A stretch of 64,000 nt of DNA from Candidatus Omnitrophota bacterium (lineage in GTDB: Bacteria > Omnitrophota > Gorgyraeia > Gygaellales > Profunditerraquicolaceae), in contig JBAZEH010000002.1 of the NCBI GenBank assembly GCA_041653955.1, positions 24,380-88,379 of the forward strand, written 5' to 3'. How positions within the stretch are numbered: the stretch's first letter is position 1; the number at the start of each line of letters is the position of its first letter. Shown here piece after piece: positions 37,013 to 45,856 of this stretch. The notes beneath the pieces were generated by a model that was not told the origin of the DNA, searched no databases, and worked only from the letters and a program-made list of their open reading frames with translations. The position numbers and the translations under genes are program-made.

Positions 37013-37213
37013 ATGGCAAGAGGAAAAGTAAAGTGGTTCTCAAACCAGAAAGGCTACGGCTTTATCACTCCCGAGTCGGGCAATGATGTATTTGTGCATC
37101 ATAGCGCGATACAAGGCGAGGGTTACAAGTCCTTAGACGAAGGGCAGGAAGTCGAATTCGAGGTGGAGCAGGGCCCTAAAGGTGAACAAGCTACTAAAGT
37201 AGTGAAGTTATAA
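37013..37213 (+). CDS. cspA: cold-shock protein (CspA family)
   Basis: RNP1 KGYGFI, RNP2 VFVHH. 66 aa. Confidence 0.9.
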   Translation: MARGKVKWFSNQKGYGFITPESGNDVFVHHSAIQGEGYKSLDEGQEVEFEVEQGPKGEQATKVVKL

Positions 37214-37228
37214 CCTTGAAAAAAAGAA

Positions 37229-37266
37229 CAAACCCGGTCCCATTCAGGGGCCGGGTTTGTTTTTAA
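37229..37266 (+). terminator. rho-independent terminator
   Basis: aaacccggtccc..ggggccgggttt followed by gttttt. Confidence 0.7.
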
Positions 37267-37281
37267 CAGAAGGAGGAGCAG

Positions 37282-37488
37282 ATGCACACAGGCAAGATAA
37301 AGAAGTTAGTGCGTGACAGGGGGTTCGGGTTTATCAGCGATACGGACGGAAGGGAAGTATTCTTTCATCAGTCAAGCCTTCTGGATACAAAATTTGATAT
37401 TCTTAACGAAGAGCAGGCGGTAGAGTTTGAGATAGAGGATTCACCTAAGGGCCCGCGCGCCATCAATGTGCGTATCGCTCAAAAATAA
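37282..37488 (+). CDS. cold-shock domain protein (second Csp paralog)
   Basis: RGFGFI and VFFH motifs. 68 aa. Confidence 0.85.
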   Translation: MHTGKIKKLVRDRGFGFISDTDGREVFFHQSSLLDTKFDILNEEQAVEFEIEDSPKGPRAINVRIAQK

Positions 37489-37511
37489 CGGTATATTAAC
37501 CGTCTAAAATA

Positions 37512-38798
37512 ATGAAAGTAATACTTATAGAACCGGCCGCAGCAGAGGCTAACGTATACAGTAAGTTATGCATGCCTCTTATGGGGCCGGTCTATCTGGG
37601 GACCATACTTAAGAACAGGGGGCATGAGGTCAGTATATATAATGAAGATATGTATACGCCCGATTATTCCAGGCTGGACGCGGATATAATAGGTATCTCT
37701 ATACTTACTTCTACCGCCAGGCGCGGATATGAGATAGCCGGGATGTTCCCGAAAGAGAAGGTGATCATAGGCGGGGTTCATGCCAGCCTTTTGCCCGATG
37801 AGGCGCTTCAATTTGCCAGGCAGGTAGTGGTAGGAGAAGCGGAAGAGGTTATCGCAGATGTAGTAGAAGGCAGGAATAGGGAGCCGATCGTGCAGGGTAC
37901 CCGGCCGCAGGACCTGGATAGCCTGCCTTATCCGGATTTCTCCCTGATAAAAGGTTATAAGGCATCCCCCATAGTCATGCCTATATCTACTTCAAGGGGC
38001 TGCCCTTTTGATTGTATTTTCTGTTCCGTGACAAAGATGTTTGGCCGTGAATACAGGTTCCGCAGCGCGGGAAATGTCATGGGAGAGATAGAATCAAGGA
38101 ACGCGAGGTCTTTTTTCTTTTGCGACGATAATTTTACCGCGCACCCGGAACGCACGCGTGCGCTGCTTGGACTCATGCTGGAACGCAAGGTCCCAAGCTG
38201 GAGCTGTCAGGTGCGCTGCGATGCGGCAAAGGATGATGAACTCCTGGACCTTATGGCGCGCGCCGGATGTTCCGTAGTATGCGTGGGTTTTGAATCCATT
38301 AACCAGAAGACCCTGCAGGCGTATAAGAAGAAACAGAGTGTGGATGATATAATAAAATCTATCCGTTCCTTCCGCAGGAAGAAACTCAGGATACACGGGA
38401 TGTTCGTCCTGGGAGGGGATGATGACAATGAAAAGACCGTATGGGATACCCTTAAGTTCGCAGTAAAAGAGAAGATAGATACCATTCAGATGATGATCCT
38501 TACGCCCGTGCCGGGGACGAAGCTGCATGAAGAGTTGACGAAAGATGACCGCATCCTTAGCCACGATTGGAGCCTGTATGACGGCCAACATGTCGTTTTT
38601 AAACCGAAGTTGATATCGGCTAAGCAGCTGCAGATGAACGTGGTCAGGGCGTATATCAGGTTTTACTCTCTTTCCAAGTCATTATCCCTGCTCATAAGGA
38701 TGCGTTTTCGTAACGCGATGTTCCGTTTCATAGGATACAGGATCATCCACGAATGGGTCCGGCATAACCATAAGATGCACTGGCTGCTTCAGATTTGA
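37512..38798 (+). CDS. B12-binding domain radical SAM protein
   Basis: N-terminal cobalamin-binding-like domain. TSRGCPFDCIFCS (CxxxCxxC). Confidence 0.85.
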   Translation: MKVILIEPAAAEANVYSKLCMPLMGPVYLGTILKNRGHEVSIYNEDMYTPDYSRLDADIIGISILTSTARRGYEIAGMFPKEKVIIGGVHASLLPDEALQFARQVVVGEAEEVIADVVEGRNREPIVQGTRPQDLDSLPYPDFSLIKGYKASPIVMPISTSRGCPFDCIFCSVTKMFGREYRFRSAGNVMGEIESRNARSFFFCDDNFTAHPERTRALLGLMLERKVPSWSCQVRCDAAKDDELLDLMARAGCSVVCVGFESINQKTLQAYKKKQSVDDIIKSIRSFRRKKLRIHGMFVLGGDDDNEKTVWDTLKFAVKEKIDTIQMMILTPVPGTKLHEELTKDDRILSHDWSLYDGQHVVFKPKLISAKQLQMNVVRAYIRFYSLSKSLSLLIRMRFRNAMFRFIGYRIIHEWVRHNHKMHWLLQI

Positions 38799-38800
38799 CC

Positions 38801-38829
38801 TTGACCATTAAGCCATCCGGCAGTAAAAT
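38801..38829 (+). promoter_or_regulatory. promoter TTGACC-17-TAAAAT (GCAG upstream of -10)
   Basis: TTGACC at 38801-38806 (a second TTGACC at 38795), ccggcagTAAAAT ends at 38829. Confidence 0.6.
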
Positions 38830-38855
38830 ACTTTATAACTGCGGGAGGATGGCTG

Positions 38856-38948
38856 ATGTTAAAAAAAGAAATAATTATCTTGGCAACTCTTCAATATAGG
38901 GAGGGTTGCCTTTTTATTGGAATAACGCCCAAACCTATCTGATAGTTT
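38856..38948 (+). CDS. possible 30-aa upstream ORF terminating inside the palindromic element
   Basis: GGAGGA then 7 nt then ATG at 38856. Translation MLKKEIIILATLQYREGCLFIGITPKPI. Stop TGA lies in the loop ctatcTGAtag. Confidence 0.2.
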
Positions 38949-38953
38949 GGTGT
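38924..38953 (+). promoter_or_regulatory. third copy of the palindromic element (aacgcccaaacctatctgatagtttggtgt), 23 nt upstream of an ATG
   Basis: Aligns with 1618-1647. The stem change T>C is compensated by A>G (CCAAAC/GTTTGG). Followed by CTGTTG and AGGAGG as in copy 2. Confidence 0.7.
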
Positions 38954-38976
38954 GCCTGTTGGGCAAGGAGGATGGT

Positions 38977-39315
38977 ATGCGACTTGAAGAATTAAAAGGG
39001 AAACTCGTGCTTTTTAAGTTTGCCGATGAGATAAGAGGGGATCTTTCTCTTTTTCAGATCTACAAGGATGAGATGTGGGCAGTGGTCACGGGTATTGACG
39101 ACGTGGGCATCTGGATAGAGAACCCATCCTATGAACTCGGGGTATGGTGGAATGATAAGGGCGAGCTGGTCCCCCCGGCTAAACAGGTAAAAGAGAAAGT
39201 AAAGACAGATATACTTATCGCCTGGCGTTATATCAAAGGGCTGATGAACGTTGAAGATGACCGTTTCCAGAGGGTAAAGAGCGAGAGCCTGCCGGGATTC
39301 CAGGCCTATAAATAG
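38977..39315 (+). CDS. hypothetical protein (112 aa)
   Basis: AAGGAGG then 6 nt then ATG at 38977 (MRLEELKGKL...). The track start at 38947 is a TTG inside the element. Confidence 0.5.
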   Translation: MRLEELKGKLVLFKFADEIRGDLSLFQIYKDEMWAVVTGIDDVGIWIENPSYELGVWWNDKGELVPPAKQVKEKVKTDILIAWRYIKGLMNVEDDRFQRVKSESLPGFQAYK

Positions 39316-39327
39316 GATAAAACCGAT

Positions 39328-40158
39328 ATGACAATAAGGCTGCTGGTCCTTATACTAATATTAATAGCGATACTGGTTTTTGCCCTTAAATATATCGAGG
39401 CCTGGGGGATATTTTTCCCTACGAAGGATATCGGCTGGTATCCTTCGGACGTGAATATGCCGTTTGAGGATATATATGCCAAGACAAAGGATGGCGCGAC
39501 GGTGAACGGCTGGTTTATCCCGCGTGAAGGCGCCAGGTATACCTTATTATTCTTTCACGGGAATGCCGGGAATATACAGCATAGGCTGGATAAAATGCTC
39601 ATGCTTTGGGAGTCAGGCTTAAATATATTCATTATTGATTACAGGGGTTTCGGTAAAAGCGAAGGCAGGATGACTGAAGAAGGTTTTTATATTGACGCGG
39701 ATACTGCCTATGGATACCTGGTGAAGACACGCGGTATAAAACCGGAAGAGATAATTATATACGGTGAGTCACTGGGGACCGCGGTAGCGGTAGACCTGGC
39801 TTCGAGGGCTAGGGCCGCGGGCGTGATACTGGAAGGGGCCTTTTCTAACGGGCGGGATATGGCAAAAAAGATATATCCGTTTTTTCCCGGGTTCATTTTT
39901 TCAAACAAATTCAATTCCCTAAAAAAGATAAAAGCGTCAGCTATGCCTAAATTATTTATTCATAGCGTGGATGACGAAATAGTGCCTTTTGCTTTCGCCA
40001 GGAAGCTTTATCAGGCTGCCCCCGGTCCCAAGGAATTCGCAGAGTTAAGCGGGGGGCATAATACCTGTTTTATGGATTCCAGGGAGAAGTATATCTCTTC
40101 TATAACCGGATTTATAAGGAGGATTCATGAAGGTAAGGATATATTACCATCATACTGA
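39328..40158 (+). CDS. alpha/beta hydrolase (membrane-anchored)
   Basis: HGNAGN (oxyanion region), GESLGT (GxSxG), N-terminal TM. Confidence 0.75.
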   Translation: MTIRLLVLILILIAILVFALKYIEAWGIFFPTKDIGWYPSDVNMPFEDIYAKTKDGATVNGWFIPREGARYTLLFFHGNAGNIQHRLDKMLMLWESGLNIFIIDYRGFGKSEGRMTEEGFYIDADTAYGYLVKTRGIKPEEIIIYGESLGTAVAVDLASRARAAGVILEGAFSNGRDMAKKIYPFFPGFIFSNKFNSLKKIKASAMPKLFIHSVDDEIVPFAFARKLYQAAPGPKEFAELSGGHNTCFMDSREKYISSITGFIRRIHEGKDILPSY

Positions 40159-40519
40159 TTGCGGTAAGGTAGTTTATTACGGGAAATACCTTGAGTTCCT
40201 TGAGGAGGCGCGCACGGAGTATTTTGACGAGAGAGGGTTACTCCTGAAGGAACTGGAGAAGCAGGGAGTATATTTTGTGGTCGCACGGCAGGAGATAGAC
40301 TATAAATACCCGGCTTTTTACGGGGATATTCTTACTATTAAAACTACGGTTTCCGGTATTTCTTCCGTGAAGGCCGTATTTGAATGCGAGATCACTAATC
40401 AGGATAACAAGGTAATCTCCACGGCGAAAACAATCCTTGTCTGCGTAAGCCGCGAACTAAAACCGCAGGCTATGCCGCAGGAACTACGCGAGAAACTTTC
40501 GGATAAAGGCAATAAATAA
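40127..40519 (+). CDS. YbgC/4HBT-family acyl-CoA thioesterase (hot-dog fold)
   Basis: HHTDCGKVVYYGKYLEFLEEARTEY typical YbgC N-terminus. Confidence 0.75.
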   Translation: MKVRIYYHHTDCGKVVYYGKYLEFLEEARTEYFDERGLLLKELEKQGVYFVVARQEIDYKYPAFYGDILTIKTTVSGISSVKAVFECEITNQDNKVISTAKTILVCVSRELKPQAMPQELREKLSDKGNK

Positions 40520-41223
40520 TGCGAATAACCTTAAAGGCTGCACTATTATTTATTTTTTTGTTTAGCGCTGTATCGGCGGCCATGGGCGATACGCTTTATC
40601 TTAAGAACGGACGCAAGATAAAGGGGGTTATCCAGCGGGACACGCCTGAATATGTGGATTTGGGAGTCGGCTCTGGTTCTGTTAGGTTTTACCGCGCGGA
40701 GATAGAGCGTATAGAGTTTTCGTCAGAGGAGCAAAACCGCGGATTAGAGAAGAATTGGGAGATAGAGCGCTTAAGGAAAGAGGAGAGGCTGGCTGAACAC
40801 CGGAGATTGGAAAAAGAGATTGAAGATGCCATGCCCAAAGAGGCCGAGGTCCGCAGCAAAGACGGGCATCTCTTTGTCAATGCATTATTGAATAGGAAGA
40901 CGACCGCCAGGTTTCTGGTAGATACCGGCGCTTCTATGATTGTGGTTTCCGCGCAGATAGCGAAAAAACTGAATGTAGATATAAAAGGCAATGATGCCAG
41001 CGAGATAAATATAACGCTGGCGGATGGCAGGGAGATATCAGGCAGGTACTTTAAGCTGGATACTATAAGCGTAGGCGAGGCCGTTGCAGAGGATATTGAC
41101 GCGGCAGTCATCTTGCAGGAGGATGCCTTTACGGATTTTGACGGGGTCCTCGGTATGTCATTCCTTAAATTATTCAAGTTTTCCATAGACCCGCAGGGAA
41201 ATAAGTTTATCCTGAACAAATAA
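40519..41223 (+). CDS. retropepsin-like (clan AA) aspartic protease with N-terminal signal/TM
   Basis: FLVDTGASMIVVS (DTGA active site). Confidence 0.7.
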   Translation: MRITLKAALLFIFLFSAVSAAMGDTLYLKNGRKIKGVIQRDTPEYVDLGVGSGSVRFYRAEIERIEFSSEEQNRGLEKNWEIERLRKEERLAEHRRLEKEIEDAMPKEAEVRSKDGHLFVNALLNRKTTARFLVDTGASMIVVSAQIAKKLNVDIKGNDASEINITLADGREISGRYFKLDTISVGEAVAEDIDAAVILQEDAFTDFDGVLGMSFLKLFKFSIDPQGNKFILNK

Positions 41224-41236
41224 TATTTATATTTGA

Positions 41237-41506
41237 ATGCGTAACGATAAAGCCTTCAAGTCATTTGTATTCTTAAGCGGCAGCGGGTGCATGCTGCCTT
41301 TTCTGATGATATTCAATCTTTTTTTTGGGTGGATATTCCTGAGGCCTGCCCATTGGCTCATCGTTGAGAGTATATTAGTCCTGTTTTTTGTGGTCAACGG
41401 CTTGATAATGACGCGCAGGGTAATCTCTGCTCCCGGGGAGGAGGATGACGTTATAGATGTAGAGGCGAAAGTCGTGGATGAAAAGCGAAAGATAGGAAGC
41501 AGCTAA
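41237..41506 (+). CDS. small membrane protein (2 TM)
   Basis: ORF of 89 aa, hydrophobic core. Terminator-like hairpin accttg-tt-caaggt + T8 follows at about 41548-41572. Confidence 0.35.
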   Translation: MRNDKAFKSFVFLSGSGCMLPFLMIFNLFFGWIFLRPAHWLIVESILVLFFVVNGLIMTRRVISAPGEEDDVIDVEAKVVDEKRKIGSS

Positions 41507-41600
41507 CCTTTTATTTGACTTTTTACGTATTTATGTTAGCATACACCTTGTTCAAGGTCGTTTTTTTTGAATAATGATATCTAAAAGGAGGAACGGTTAA

Positions 41601-43766
41601 ATGTCGGCAGTCAATTTTTTATGGTTAGCCCCTGTAGGTTCAATAATAGCACTTTTGTTCGCCTGGTACCTCGCGGCTTCTATCATGAAGAAAGGCGAAG
41701 GCAATGATAAGATGCGCGAGATAGCACAGGCAGTGCGGGTGGGCTCAAGGGCGTATTTAAAGAGGCAGTATTTAGGCGTATCTATATTTTTTCTGGTAGT
41801 ATTCTGCGTCCTTATGGTCCTGGCCATAAATAAATACCTGGTTATATTTGTTCCGTTCGCATTCCTCACCGGCGGCCTCTTCTCCGGCCTGGCTGGTTTT
41901 ATCGGTATGTCTATAGCTACCCAGGCGTCATCCCGTACCACTAATGAAGCAATGAAGGGTTTAAATTGCGGGCTGCGGGTGGCGTTTAATAGCGGCGCGG
42001 TCATGGGTATGGTGGTCGTGGGGTTAGGGCTCCTGGACCTGTCTATATGGTATTTTTTCTTAAATGCTTATTACGGAAGCTATAGTATCCCCGCGTGGAT
42101 ACCGCAATGGTTGTCTCCGTACCTTACATGGGCCTTTCAGGCGCACCCGTTACCTATCGGGACAGATAAGATCACCGCTATTACTTCCACGATGCTTTGT
42201 TTTGGTATGGGCGCCAGTTCGCAGGCGTTATTTGCCCGCGTGGGCGGAGGCATATTCACCAAGGCTGCGGATGTCGGCGCGGATTTAGTCGGTAAAGTTG
42301 AAGCGGGCATTCCCGAGGATGACCCGCGTAACCCCGCGGTTATCGCGGATAATGTGGGCGATAATGTAGGAGACGTGGCGGGTATGGGCGCGGACCTTTA
42401 TGAGTCTTACGTGGGTTCTATCGTGGCTACCGCGGCTTTAGGCGTGGCTGCGGGTTTGGGGGTTTCCGGGGTTACTGTTCCTATGGTAATGGCCGCGGTA
42501 GGGGTGGTGGCTTCCATTGTCGGGACATTCTTTGTCAGGTGCAGGGAAGAGTCTACTCAAAAGATATTATTGGTGGCGTTAAGAAAGGGGATATTTGTCA
42601 GCGCCGGATTAGTGGCCCTGATATCTTATTTCCTGGTTAAATATACTCTCGGTATTGAGCATATGGGAGTTTACTGGTCGGTATTATCGGGTTTGATCGC
42701 CGGAGTATTAATAGGATTATCTACCGAATATTTTACCTCAAGCCATTTTAAACCCACGCGGTCAATAGCCGAGGCGTCTTTAACCGGGCCCGCGACCGTT
42801 ATTATCGGGGGTATATCGGTAGGGATGATGTCAACGGCGATACCGGTGATCGTAATAGGCGTCGCGATATTATTGAGCTATTTTCTTTCGGGCGGCGCCG
42901 CTAATCCTAACGCCGGACTTTACGGAGTGGGGATTTCCGCGGTAGGCATGCTTTCTACCCTTGGAATAACACTGGCTACCGATGCCTATGGCCCGGTTGC
43001 TGATAATGCCGGAGGTAACGCGCAGATGGCGGGCCTTGATCCTGAGGTAAGGAAAAGGACGGATGCCCTGGATTCATTGGGCAATACTACCGCCGCTACG
43101 GGCAAAGGTTTTGCTATAGGTTCCGCGGCCTTGACCGCGCTTGCTTTAATAGCCGCTTATCGCGACCAGGTATCTTTATACGGGAAAGAGCTTAGCTTAA
43201 ACCTCATGCAGCCGAGTGTGCTGGTGGGCTTATTTATTGGGGCTATGCTGCCTTTCGCGTTCTGTTCTATGACGATGAGCGCGGTAGGGAGGGCGGCAGG
43301 AAAGATCGTAGTAGAAGTGCGTAGGCAGTTCAAGGAGATACTCGGGTTGATGGAAGGCAAGGCTAAGCCGGATTATGCGCGTTGCGTGACCATAGCCACT
43401 TCAGCGGCGCAGAAAGAGATGATCATCCCATCGCTCATGGCGATAATAGCTCCTATTGCCGTAGGGCTATTAGTCGGTGTAGAAGCTGTGGCAGGGCTTT
43501 TGACCGGAGCGACCGTAACAGGGTTTGCGTTGGCGGTAATGATGGCGAATTCCGGCGGCGCCTGGGATAATGCCAAGAAATATATAGAGGAAGGCCATTA
43601 CGGAGGGAAAGGTTCTCCCGCGCATAAGGCAGGGGTTGTCGGCGATACGGTAGGGGATCCTTTTAAAGATACCTCCGGCCCAAGCCTGAATATACTCATC
43701 AAGCTTATGTCCATGGTTTCGATAGTTTTCGCATCCTTCGTCATCTCCAACTCTTTCTTCAAATAG
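41601..43766 (+). CDS. hppA: membrane-bound proton-translocating pyrophosphatase
   Basis: [28 protein letters not shown], about 16 TM helices. Confidence 0.9.
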   Translation: MSAVNFLWLAPVGSIIALLFAWYLAASIMKKGEGNDKMREIAQAVRVGSRAYLKRQYLGVSIFFLVVFCVLMVLAINKYLVIFVPFAFLTGGLFSGLAGFIGMSIATQASSRTTNEAMKGLNCGLRVAFNSGAVMGMVVVGLGLLDLSIWYFFLNAYYGSYSIPAWIPQWLSPYLTWAFQAHPLPIGTDKITAITSTMLCFGMGASSQALFARVGGGIFTKAADVGADLVGKVEAGIPEDDPRNPAVIADNVGDNVGDVAGMGADLYESYVGSIVATAALGVAAGLGVSGVTVPMVMAAVGVVASIVGTFFVRCREESTQKILLVALRKGIFVSAGLVALISYFLVKYTLGIEHMGVYWSVLSGLIAGVLIGLSTEYFTSSHFKPTRSIAEASLTGPATVIIGGISVGMMSTAIPVIVIGVAILLSYFLSGGAANPNAGLYGVGISAVGMLSTLGITLATDAYGPVADNAGGNAQMAGLDPEVRKRTDALDSLGNTTAATGKGFAIGSAALTALALIAAYRDQVSLYGKELSLNLMQPSVLVGLFIGAMLPFAFCSMTMSAVGRAAGKIVVEVRRQFKEILGLMEGKAKPDYARCVTIATSAAQKEMIIPSLMAIIAPIAVGLLVGVEAVAGLLTGATVTGFALAVMMANSGGAWDNAKKYIEEGHYGGKGSPAHKAGVVGDTVGDPFKDTSGPSLNILIKLMSMVSIVFASFVISNSFFK

Positions 43767-43823
43767 GGACACCTTTTCTGCCAATCGAGGGACACCCTTT
43801 TAGCCAAAGCTAAGGGTGTCCCT
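43765..43823. repeat. left inverted repeat with internal REP hairpin; overlaps the hppA stop codon
   Basis: agggacaccttttctgccaatcgagggacacccttttagccaaagctaagggtgtccct. Confidence 0.8.
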
Positions 43824-43830
43824 TTTCTTT

Positions 43831-44313
43831 TCAGGTTGAGTCGACAAGATCCAAAAGCTTGCTTTTGTTTCCTAAAGTCCTATTTCTATAACTGCTCCAG
43901 ATATATTCCATTGGCGACTGAGTTAATCCTTTCCTGACCGGATTCATTTCTACATAGTACACGCACTCTAGAAAATAATCATCTTTTTGTATAATCATAC
44001 TCTTGAATCTGCCTTGCCAAAGATGACCTACTTTTCTGTATTTCTTATTAAACCATGTAGTGTATGTTTGGGTTATACCTTGCATGAGGATAGGAAGATT
44101 CTCGGGTTGTTTGGGTTGTAATATTAAATGAATGTGATTGGGCATAAGGCAATAGCAGAATAATTTGAAAAGATATTTTTTCTTATAATGTTTTAACAAT
44201 TGTAAATACTTAGCAAAATCAGAATCCTCCAGAAATATTCTTTCTCTTTGATTCCCCCTGTTAACAACGTGATAGCATACATTATTTAACAGAATTCTTG
44301 CTCCTCGTGGCAT
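43831..44313 (-). CDS. RAYT / IS200-like Y1 (HUH) transposase
   Basis: HUH motif [15 protein letters not shown] and [12 protein letters not shown] (Tyr region) typical of TnpA_REP. RBS aaaaggaggt upstream. Confidence 0.75.
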   Translation of the reverse strand: MPRGARILLNNVCYHVVNRGNQRERIFLEDSDFAKYLQLLKHYKKKYLFKLFCYCLMPNHIHLILQPKQPENLPILMQGITQTYTTWFNKKYRKVGHLWQGRFKSMIIQKDDYFLECVYYVEMNPVRKGLTQSPMEYIWSSYRNRTLGNKSKLLDLVDST

Positions 44314-44394
44314 TTATACCACCTCCTTTTAAATAAATAGACGTACTTAATTGCATTTTCTAACAACAAATTTTTACTCTTAATTTTACTCTTA

Positions 44395-44453
44395 AGGGAC
44401 ACCCTTAGCTTTGGCTAAAAGGGTGTCCCTCGATTGGCAGAAAGGGTGTCCCT
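44395..44453. repeat. right inverted repeat with internal REP hairpin
   Basis: agggacacccttagctttggctaaaagggtgtccctcgattggcagaaagggtgtccct. Confidence 0.8.
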
Positions 44454-44497
44454 AAAATAGTTATTTTTGTTGGGTTTTGTGGTATAATAAGCCCGTT

Positions 44498-45100
44498 ATG
44501 GATGATATTGAGTTTGTCCGCAGGTGTGTTAAAGGGGACAAGCGTTCGTGGGATGCGTTTGTAGAGCGGTACGCGTCCTTAATATACAATTATATTCATA
44601 GCACCCTCAAGATAAAAGGCCATACCTTTTCGCAGGAAAATATCAACGACCTCTTCCAAGAGATAATCCTTTCCTTATTCAAAGATAATTTCAGGAAATT
44701 AAGCACTTTTAAGGGCAGGAACGGCTGTAGCTTAGCCAGCTGGCTAAGGCAGGTGACTGTCAATTTTACTATTGACCACCTGCGCAGATTAAAACCCGCG
44801 CTTTCTCTTAATAATGATATAGGAGATAACTTAAGTTTCGCGGATATGCTGGTTTCTGATTCTCCGCCTGTAACCGATACCTTGAATCAGGAGGAAAGGC
44901 TTATGCACCTGAAGGATTGCATTGAAAGGCTCGGGATTAATGATAAGTATTTCCTGGAGCTGCATATTTATAGGGGGCTGAGTATAGAAGAGTTGAGGGT
45001 ATTCTTAAAAGTTTCACGCGCGGCTGCCGATATGCGTAAATCCCGTATTGTTGAGCGGTTGAAGGAGTGTTTCAGAAAAAAAGGGCTTATTTTACGTTAG
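44498..45100 (+). CDS. ECF-type RNA polymerase sigma factor (sigma-70 regions 2 and 4)
   Basis: Region 2 starts at about FVERYASLIYNYIH. Region 4 HTH LSIEELRVFLKVSRAAADMRKSR. An extended -10 TGgTATAAT at 44480-44488 lies just upstream of the ATG. Confidence 0.75.
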   Translation: MDDIEFVRRCVKGDKRSWDAFVERYASLIYNYIHSTLKIKGHTFSQENINDLFQEIILSLFKDNFRKLSTFKGRNGCSLASWLRQVTVNFTIDHLRRLKPALSLNNDIGDNLSFADMLVSDSPPVTDTLNQEERLMHLKDCIERLGINDKYFLELHIYRGLSIEELRVFLKVSRAAADMRKSRIVERLKECFRKKGLILR

Positions 45101-45143
45101 ATTTCCGGAGCAGTTGCGTCTATTGTAGAGGGAAGGAAGTGAG

Positions 45144-45851
45144 ATGACGCAGGAAAGATTGGAAGAATTAATAAGGGCGGTGTATAGAAGATGGAAAGAG
45201 GCGCAAGGCCCGGCGCAGGATCCGCATCCGGATGAGGAGGCCTGGGTTTCTTTTCTTGAAGGAAAGCTGGGGGCAAAAGATGAGGCGCGCGTAAAAAAGC
45301 ACCTGGTAGCCTGCCAGGGCTGCTCTGAGGTTCTGGCTGTGCTGGCCCGGTTGAGACAGGTACCCGGGGAAACGCCGCCTAAAGCGCTGATAGAATACGC
45401 CAAAAGCCTGGTCGCAGCGCAAGATATAAATTCCGCCGCGCAGATAGTCATTATGCTCAAGGAGAAGGCAATGGAGGTATTGTCCATTACCGGGGATATC
45501 CTTATAGGCAGGGAGTTTATCCCTGCGCCTGTGTTGCGCAGCCGCCGGATAAAAGAATTTAAGGATGAGATCACCGTCTTAAAGGATTTTAAAGATATAA
45601 GAGTAGAGGTAAGAATAGAGAGGAAGGGAGCTCATCTATTTGATATGTTCGTATATGTTAAAGATAAACAGGCTAATCGCGTAATCAGGGACCTTAGGGT
45701 CACCCTCCTTAAAGACGATTTAGAGCTTGAATCCTACCTCACATCTTCAGACAAGGTAACTTTTGAGCACGTGCTGGCCGGTAAATATAATATTGAGATA
45801 TCGAATATTGACGACAAGATCGCTTCAGTATTGCTGGACATAAGAAAATAA
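45144..45851 (+). CDS. zinc-finger (ZAS-type) anti-sigma factor, cytoplasmic
   Basis: HLVACQGCSEVL (H-x3-C-x2-C). Position directly after the ECF sigma gene. No TM. Confidence 0.65.
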   Translation: MTQERLEELIRAVYRRWKEAQGPAQDPHPDEEAWVSFLEGKLGAKDEARVKKHLVACQGCSEVLAVLARLRQVPGETPPKALIEYAKSLVAAQDINSAAQIVIMLKEKAMEVLSITGDILIGREFIPAPVLRSRRIKEFKDEITVLKDFKDIRVEVRIERKGAHLFDMFVYVKDKQANRVIRDLRVTLLKDDLELESYLTSSDKVTFEHVLAGKYNIEISNIDDKIASVLLDIRK

Positions 45852-45856
45852 TAAGG

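Larger units (their letters stand above)
43765..44453. mobile_element. REP-associated tyrosine transposase (RAYT) unit flanked by 59-bp inverted REP-like repeats (REPtron-like)
   Basis: IR-L at 43765-43823 and IR-R at 44395-44453 are reverse complements (58/59 match). Each carries the palindrome agggacaccc..gggtgtccct. The interior is AT-rich relative to the flanks. Confidence 0.75.

Noticed and set aside
37489-37511. Cobalamin riboswitch upstream of the second B12-radical SAM gene
   Set aside because: The intergenic gap is only 23 nt, with no room for a riboswitch. No B12-box-like sequence was seen near the first rSAM either (its 5' end is off-window).
43831-44313. Classification as an IS200/IS605 insertion sequence
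   Set aside because: There is no tnpB. The flanks are long perfect inverted repeats containing REP-like hairpins rather than sub-terminal imperfect palindromes. The protein has RAYT-type motifs. It is called a RAYT/REP unit instead.
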